NCBI GenBank assembly: GCA_951406725.2
Contig: OX597815.1
Span: forward strand, 19,158,001 to 19,222,000
Origin: Octopus vulgaris
Lineage: Eukaryota
Reading direction: 5' to 3'
DNA: 64,000 bases
Both the position numbers and the translations under genes were made by a program. The notes under the pieces were generated by a model. That model searched no databases and was not told the origin of the DNA. It worked only from the letters and a program-made list of their open reading frames with translations. This document shows, piece after piece, positions 55,385-64,000 of the stretch. Every line of letters begins with the position of its first letter. Position 1 is the first letter of the stretch.

Positions 55385-55450
55385 CTTTCTGGTTTTGAGA
55401 AGCCTAATTTTTCAAGACTTTCTGGTTTTGAGAAGCCTAATTTTTCAAGA
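55385..55450. repeat. Perfect 33-bp tandem duplication
   Basis: ctttctggttttgagaagcctaatttttcaaga x2. Confidence 0.9.
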
Positions 55451-55871
55451 TTGTTATTTAGGCAATACCCCCAATAATTTCAGGTATAAACCTGAACTTG
55501 TAATCTGAGTGGAGTAACTATGTATGTATGTATGTATGTATGTATGTATGTATGTATGTATGTATGTATGTATGTATGTGTACATGTCTATGAAGGCTTC
55601 TGCAGAGTTGCCATTCACTCTGATATACGTAAAAATAATTCTATAGCAAATGGTAGCTGCCCAACATACAACCCAGTGAGATAAACGTTGCAAGCCCGTC
55701 ACTCTGATGGTGTTGCACAGTAGACTCAATTTTTTCACTCATACGATAGAATTAAAGGTTCGATACTATGACAACTATTATCTAAAACTATCAACGTTAC
55801 AGAAACCCTCTGGTGAATGTTTTTGCGTATTTCTCTTCTTAGACCATTATTTTATAACTTTTGTTTACAAT

Positions 55872-56293
55872 AGGCGCAGGAGTGGCTGTGTGGTAAGTAG
55901 CTTGCTAACCAACCTCATGGTTCTGGGTTCAGTCCCACTGCGTGGCACCTTGGGCAAGTGTCTTCTGCTATAGCCCCGGGCCGACCAATGCCTTGTGAGT
56001 GGATTTGGTAGACGGGAACTGAAAGAAGCCTGTCGTATCTATGTGTGTATATATATATATATGTGTGTGTATTTGTGTGTCTGTGTTTGTCCCCCTAGCA
56101 TTGCTTGACAACCGATGCTGGTGTGTTTACGTCCCCGTCACTTAGCGGTTCGACAAAAAGAGACCGATAGAATAAGTACTGGGCTTACAAAGAATAAGTC
56201 CCGGGGTCGATTTGCTCGACTAAAGGCGGTGCTCCAGCATGGCCGCAGTCAAATGACTGAAACAAGTAAAAGAGTAAAAAGAGAGTAAAGAGT
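55872..56293 (+). mobile_element. Family D SINE, full length
   Basis: tRNA-like head aggcgcaggagtggctgtgtggtaag...gggttcagtccc, CORE-like accttgggcaagtg, internal TA/TG microsatellite, tail (agagtaaa)n. Confidence 0.9.
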
Positions 56294-57434
56294 AATTATC
56301 AAATAGAATTAGCAAGAAATCAATAATTCTTTTTTTTTTAAAACATTAACTTACCTAATGTGGACCATTCCATATAGCATTTTTACCTGGACCTTTTCTT
56401 CAGTCTCTTCAGAGTCTTTCTATTTCATCCGTATCTCATGGTTTCTGGCTAAATGCTCTATTTAACTACATTACAATGATATAAAACGTAATACTACTTT
56501 GAATGCACATATGCTTAGAGAGGATTACCTTGTGAACTGTGTTTAAGTGGACTGGCAACTTTTCGTCAAAGTACATTTACTTGATGCTTATCGATTCTGT
56601 ATCGATTATAGTAGTCTGATTTCTCTTGATCAGAAAGTCATATAGACGGTACAGATATATGACTATAAATGTGTGGACGGTTACTTTTGCGCACACGCAT
56701 GTGTGTAAGCAAACGGATCTTTGTTAGGAATTAACGTATGGCTATATGTGCAGATAGTTGACGAGAGAGAGAGAATAAAATAGTTGAGGAGGGAGAAATA
56801 GGTAGGTAGATAGATACATACATTCATACACACACGCATATATCATATGTACGTATATGTATATGCGTGTGTGTGTGTATCATATATACAAACATATATA
56901 TGCTTATACATATATATATTTTATATTATGTATGCATATACGTAATATATATACACATATATGTCAATATATTTATGTGTGTATGCATGTACCTATGTAA
57001 GTAAGTATATATGTATATTTGTGCATGAATGTGTATGATTATTGTGTAGTTTTCCCATTGTGTTACAGATTGAAGTTAGGTGCAATACTGACTACTTAAA
57101 TGTAACAAAAATCGTGTAAAGAAACCCCGCAAGGAATACACGAATTATATTACTTAGATATACGCATAAACGTGCATGTCAGTTCTCTCATGTATTTGTA
57201 TATGTCTATACATATACAAGTACATCATTCTATAATTCACTGTACCAAATATTTAATTCAAGAATTGTAATTCCTCGCTCCTGATCTTGTTATTACTGTT
57301 ACAGTCCTCTCAAAATTCTAGTGGAATCTCAGTTGCAACAACACCACAATTCATCATCACCACCATATACATATGTACATACATACATACATTCATACAT
57401 TCATACATACATACATAAATATATATTATATATA

Positions 57435-57604
57435 TTTTTTCTCTCCTTGTTTCTCTCCTTGTTTTTTTCTGTGTCCCTTTCTGTAGAAAAGCGTAGACTC
57501 GAAACGTAAAAGACTTTTTCTATTCCTGAGCGTTATACTAATACATCTGTTTGTTTTGTACACCACCTGTCTTCGTCTTTTGTTTTTTTCGTGAACTTTC
57601 CCTA
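57435..57604 (+). mobile_element. Penelope-like pseudo-LTR with hammerhead-like motif, copy 2
   Basis: cttt-CTGTAGA-A-AAGC-gtag-ACTC-GAAA-CG-TA-aaag; close match to 54095-54266; followed by (TA)n. Confidence 0.65.
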
Positions 57605-60037
57605 TATATATATATATTTGTGTGTGTGTGTGTGTGTGTATATGTATGTAAGTGTGAATGTATGTATGCATGTATGTATATATGCATTTAGGTACCTCTG
57701 TATGTATGTAGGTATATTTGTCCGTAACAAAATGTTTGAGTGTAGGATATCACTCACTCGACTGATAGGGAGTGTGGGAATGCAGCACCGATGAGTGCTG
57801 GTTATTAATGAAGTAGAAGTGAATATTTCAAGCCGATCCAGTGACCACGTGACACTTGACATGCGGTGTTCATGCTTCTGTTAATCAACTTCGAATTATG
57901 GCAGTAGATAAAGGGAGAGAAGAAATGTTCTATGCGATTATAATTGTAAAATTAAGGAATTAGCGAAATGTATATTCCGACATATTGGAGTTAAAAACGA
58001 CAATGATGATAATAACTTGTGAGGTAATAGAAGAGGCGGAGAAGAGATAAATTGCATTGTTTAGCATTTGTAATATGATCATTATTGTAGATTTGTTAAT
58101 TGCTCAAGTGTCTCTTTTGGGAATATTGTTTAAAATGTTTATGCATGTAACAGATACTTCCATATATATATATATATGAGCTGTACTTAAGTTTACTGTG
58201 TAAAATTTCCGTAGTGCATCAGAGTTAATTTACTGCTTGGTGGTGATAGGCATTGGGCCATGCTCTTTATGTGCACAGTAAATGTATGCTGGGACAACCG
58301 AAAGACGGCAGGATGTAAAGTTGACATTAGATGGTCTTTTCAGTTTCCTTATTTCGAACAATAATGCATATACTATGCAAAGTTGTTTTTCCTAGATTAG
58401 TTCTGATCAAGTACACCAATAATCAAAGGTTTCCAGGTGTGGTTATCTATTTATATATATAAAATAGTAGACCAAGTACCACGTTATCCATTCTGTCATT
58501 TTTCTAAAACGGATAGTCATATTTTGAGAGTGATTTGACTGCTACTTTTCACAAGTTGAACGACTATGCACAAACCTCCTTGACAGATCCTCTCATAGAG
58601 GGTGAGTGGCACATGAGAGAGAAAAATTATTAAACAGTGAATAGAAAACATAACGGACGTTCTATTTAGATAGGATTTATGAAACGGTGTTACCATGGAG
58701 TGACTTCTCGGCAAATATCCGTTCCAGAAAATGAGATTTGAGTGAAACTCAGAAACTTTTCTGATGCCAGACATCGTCGGATCACAGTTAAGAGCAGTAA
58801 TCCAGACGGCTGAAGACAAATGCCCTCAATAGAACCTCCATAGTTTCCTGGACACTTGTTCTGAAAGTTCTCAGAGTCCATCCTGCTATTCGCCTGCATA
58901 TTGCCACCATCTTGGTGATATGTACATAAGACGAGACGTCGTTGTTCAAAACAATCCGTAGATCACGCGTTGCTTTTCACTTAGAGACTACTGCTCCTTT
59001 TGGTTCAAACTATTTTTGTTGCGGCATGCTAGCACAAGATGTCTGACAGCGAAGGTGTCGAAAATTTTATGCATTGAAGTGCATGTTGTTCAATTCATTT
59101 ATATGTTAAATATAGCACCTAGAGCTTTTTCTAGACGATTAGAGTCGATACTTTCTTTCACTGCTTAGCAGTGAAGATGAAGAAGCAACCCAGATTCTAA
59201 CTGCATGTGATTTCAAATTACTTCTGGTAGTTAACATCAATAACAACGTTAGCTGAGGACTTACATCTTGTATAGAGTTAAGTAGTCTGCGCCACAGTTT
59301 TAAACTTCATATGCTACTAAATGGTCAGTACCTCTAATAGTTGAACATGATCATATGAGTACAATGACTGAGTACTAACTACTTAATCTATAGAGTTAAA
59401 TTATTTGAGTAACAATTATTGCTGATCAAATTTGATTACAGTATGAGGTGACTACTCCCAAATATAATTAATTAGAACAAGAATTGTACATGCAATAAAA
59501 AGATGAAAACAATTTCGTGAACTACATGTTATCTAATATTTGGTAAACACAGAAAAGTCTAGACATCTTTCGATCTTATCACACCTCTTTAGCAAAGCAT
59601 ATTCTTTCTCAACGCTTGTTACGTTTAGTGCACTTGTTCAACTATTGTTTTCATTCAGATAATGCCACGTGACAAGTTTCTCCTAGCTGCATATGCATCT
59701 ACTATTGACTACCTGAACTATTATTTGATGAATCAAAGCAGATATTTTTTGCGCAAAATATCATATTTAAAGCTCAGTGATTACAATGGTTGTTTATATT
59801 GAATTAAGATAACGCTAAGAGAAAATCAATAGTAATGTAAAAACACAGTGATAGTTCAATCAAATCTGATGGCTGCAAATTGTCTATGACATTGACCAAC
59901 GGATATATATCCATAATAGTTTTCATGTGATAGGCTCGCTCTAATGCTGTACATAATCAACTCAGCTTCTTTGCTATAGATAATATACAGCAATCAATCC
60001 ACTGTTGTTATTATACAGAAACGGACTATCGAAAGTT

Positions 60038-60087
<50 letters not shown>

Positions 60088-62157
60088 GTATATATGTTCC
60101 TTTCTTCTTTTACTCAACATAAATCTGTATTGTCCTTACAACTAATTATACGTCGTTAAACATTATATAATGACATATCAAATTACTAATTCCTGACTTG
60201 ACCGTATGTTGTCACCATAGTGACATGTCTACTTGATCCTTACCGACCGATCTTCGTTCTCGAATAATTAATAATTGTATACAAAAACAATGATTGAAAT
60301 TTTCAGGAAAATATAAATTGCTGATTTCCACGAAACCTCTCAACAATAAATTCAAAAATGCGATAACAAATAATTGCTACGAGAATAAAAACCATTTTGA
60401 GTAACATGAAATGATGGCAATTTGTGAAAGGTAATTCGAGTGGAGACTTCAATGGAGAAAGTATAAGCATATTGCTACATATGGCGTTATATTTGATTCT
60501 CTTAACATGAGATAAATTCAAATCTAATAGAAATAAATAATAGACATAAAAAAATATATATACCTGAATGTTTAATATGTTGCTGTCTGGAAATTTTGCC
60601 ATGAGACAAATATTTTTAAAACACGGCAACCGGGAATTACGCTATCCGGTTCGAATCTAGATAAATTATATAGAAAATTAACACTCAGCTGTCACTTATC
60701 TAGACGTGGACTGTTGCGCATGCAACGAAGTTTCAATTGATACACTGAATGAATAATTAAAAGAAAATTTGAAGTCAAATGTTGCATGACATTTAATATA
60801 TGTTGTTTAGTAAACTAATATTAAAAGTACATTAAAGCAGTGTAATGCTAAAAATTGTCTTTTATTCATAGTTAAGATTAAATTGAATTGATCCCAGACT
60901 GTTTGTTTTGGCGAAATTATTAATGACTAAATCATTAATTTTGTATATCACGGAACAGATATATATTGGTCCACTTGAGTATCTGTGTGTGTGACTTAGT
61001 CCACATCTACACATAGATACAGTTATGAACGTACATGTTTCTGTTGGCGTGTAAGTGTACACATGTATACACATATTTGTTTATTTATATATAGATATAT
61101 AGAGAGAGGGGGAAGGGGAGGGAGCGAGGGACAGAGAGATCACAATAAGTACATAGGTAATCGCTAGAGCAATGAGATATATTTGGCTTTTAACCCCTAA
61201 AACATCTAAGGGACCAAAAGTTGAGATAGTCATAATGACCATATTGGGGAACCACACCACTCATTAATTTACTCCAAAGCTATTATATTATGCTTATCCG
61301 TATTGATAGACAAACATAATAACTGCACATCTAATTAAAATTTGTTGTAGTGATTCTTTGTCAAATGTATTTCCTTTTCTAAAGTTGATTTTCTGTGATC
61401 TTCTTTATTTTATTAATATAATATGACTTCTGGATTCTACTTGTATATTGTTTATTTATTAATGTTTGCAATCGTTTATATCATCGCTAATTTATGTGCA
61501 CAGTTTATAACGTAATGCCGTACAAGCGACTGTGTACTTGTTTCATTTTTCTATATAATATTCATTTCTCTTTTTCTTTTAAGCTGTTGCTTCCAGATCT
61601 AGCCGATTGGCTTGTCAGGGCGTATGACTTGAATATTCTAATAGTAAATATCATCTCTGTCTTTTACGTATATATTGATCCTTTTAGCACTCAGTACATA
61701 TCTGACAAGTAAATTTCTCTTATTCCACAAGTTGGAAACCTTGCAGAATTCTTTGTTTCAAGCAGAGTAGAAAGTATAACATAACATTCCTTTTGAATAC
61801 ACCGTTTTTCTTTTATTAACCTTGCATTCAGCAATTAATTGTTTGGTTCTAGCATATTTTTCTTTAATGTTTATGCGAACTTATAGACAACAACTTTAAT
61901 TTCATTTCCGGCATTACTAATTTCTCGCTGAAAGATTATTTTTCTTGTTCTTTTAGAATCATTTTATCACAAATCGCTTGGTCCTTAGGAAAATGACATG
62001 CACTCTGTTGTCATTGATTTTTGTTCATAAAAATGCTTAGAGTTAGTCACATAAAATTATATCCGATAAAATACTGATGCAAGGATTAATTTGAAGATGT
62101 TTAATAGAGTTAACTAGTATTTGGTACTATTTTGACATGTTGCTATCTTTCACCGTT

Positions 62158-62690
62158 GCCGTTCAGCGACGTGCAACCAAGAGAATACCCTCCATCAGGC
62201 ATTTGCCATATTCTGAACCCCTTACTTCTCTGGGCATGGATACATTGAAACTCCGACATCTGGCAGCTGACTTGGCAGACACCCATAAAATTATTAACCA
62301 TCTTACAAACAATAACTCTGAGCACCTTTTCAAACTCCATCTGTCTAACACCCGTGGACATGTTTACAAAGTCAGAAAACAGCACAGCTCCCATGACTTT
62401 CGGAAACATTTTTTCACGCTAAGAGTTGCTGAAGTATGGAACAAACTGACAGCATCAGTTGTTAGTTGTCGGAGCACTGCATCGTTCAAAACTTCCGTGC
62501 TTCCTGAGATTCGCCAACACTACACCTGATTTTCTCCCCTCCACACACACACAAGCATGTATCTGACTCATACACTGTTCACTTCCCAGACATTTATACA
62601 TTACTGCATATGCTTTATACGCACTTTTGAAAAGCTGTGGTGCACCTGAGAACTGTATACAATAATTTCATTATTGTTATTATTATAATT
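62158..62690 (+). mobile_element. CR1 LINE (type 1), 5'-truncated 3' end
   Basis: VQRRATKRIPSIRHLPYSEPL..LGMDTLKLR...NTRGH..K...RKHFFTLRVAEVWNKL....FK, then 3' UTR and ATT-rich tail. Confidence 0.92.
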
Positions 62691-64000
62691 ATACTGTTAC
62701 TCTATAATTATACTGTTACCAAGGGAGAAATAGAAGATGCGTTTCAAGGAGTTTCAAGGTACCTCAAAACTATGATTACTGTTGCCTTCAGATGTAAATC
62801 CATTTCATCTATATCAGATTCATCACCTTCAATTCTACTTTATAAAATTCATTGGAAGACAGCACTTCCCGAGTTTGCCCCGTTCTCCTTCCTATCAAAC
62901 TTTAATGACTAACAAAGGCCAAATCTATTATTTTCGACTACATTTGTAACGCTTCCCCAATAGCTATTAGAAATCTTTGTGTAATTACTCGACCGACTAG
63001 AAGTAGTAGCCACATTTAATTCAAATTACAGCTTAACACATTCAAGATAATGGACTGCATATATTGGATAATGTAACCTGAGATTACACTATCTGAAGGG
63101 GTGGTCAAGGCTAGGAAGCTAGAGATGAAAGAACGCGAACAGTAACAAGAAAAAGGTTTACCCACCATACCAAATACAATTAGTACCACTATCTTCATAA
63201 TAAAATCAATTGACAACAGCTTTATGGCAAAAGTTTGACTGGTCGACAAACAGTGGATTCTGAAATTAAGCATAGTGTCTACTCGTTCGCAGGACAGACT
63301 AAAAAATGCTTTAACTGCCCATAATAAATACCGAAAATAATAAATAGGTAAAAGATATATAATTATAAGATATAATCTAAATATATAAAAAGTCAAATAT
63401 AGTAACCCGTCGTTAAGTGGATAATCATCACCCACTCCTATCATTTCTTGTGCTTGTATTGTTGTTGCTCGCCCTAAATATGGCCATGGGAAATTCTTGC
63501 ATCAGTGCGCTCTAGAAAAATACCCTAGTGGTAACAACAACAACAGCAGCAGCAGGAGGAGGAGGAGGAGGAAAGCGGCAGCAGCAGGTGAAAGAGAAAG
63601 AGTAGTAGGAGAATATAACATAATTTCCTACATTTTAGGATACTTTTACTTTTCCCCACGGTTTGATGTTTTTCATTTGTTTGGTAGGAAAGAAGAGGTT
63701 GTCCTTATAGCTTTTTCAGGCCTTCTTAGATCAGTGAGATCGACGTGGCAAACGCACCTATGTGATCTCGACTCATTTACTATTTCATATCGACAGCAAA
63801 TAGCACGAATAGCTTATGACTGTTCGTTGAAATGTTGTCCATTGAAATTAGTTTAAAGTATTTCAAACAGCGAAAACCTACGAAATTTACAAAACTCAAA
63901 GGAAATATGAATATTCTACGTAAGAAGAGTTTACTTCACCGTAATCTGTTTTGAATAATATTAACAAGACAATGAAACGTGTATTCATTTTCATTAATAA

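Noticed and set aside
63016-63444. 142-aa hydrophobic ORF on the minus strand
   Set aside because: No recognisable domain or splice context; hydrophobic bias is expected from AT-rich DNA.

Overview
AT-rich eukaryotic DNA, dense in microsatellites and transposon remnants, with no supportable intact protein-coding gene. The SINE repertoire and repeat landscape suggest an octopus (cephalopod) genome; this is an inference from recognition, not a search. Nearly all ORFs in the track are translations of simple repeats. Contents: (i) several modular tRNA-derived SINE families, many with clear target-site duplications (TSDs); (ii) decayed LINEs of four clades: R4/Dong fragments in (TAA)n arrays, one Tx1/L1-like element, two CR1 types and an RTE; (iii) a non-autonomous Helitron; (iv) a long-TIR MITE with an 8-bp TSD and a telomere-like spacer; (v) Penelope-type pseudo-LTR remnants with minimal hammerhead-ribozyme-like motifs; (vi) a near-perfect 200-bp inverted duplication fused to the RTE 5' end. 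The most interesting non-TE signal is a candidate recursive splice site (ratchet point) at 34148-34155: a ~97-nt AG-free zone, polypyrimidine tract, AG|GTAAGA, and a GTGAGT donor 65 nt downstream. It suggests the window lies inside a giant + strand intron. All coordinates were read by eye; element edges without TSDs are approximate.
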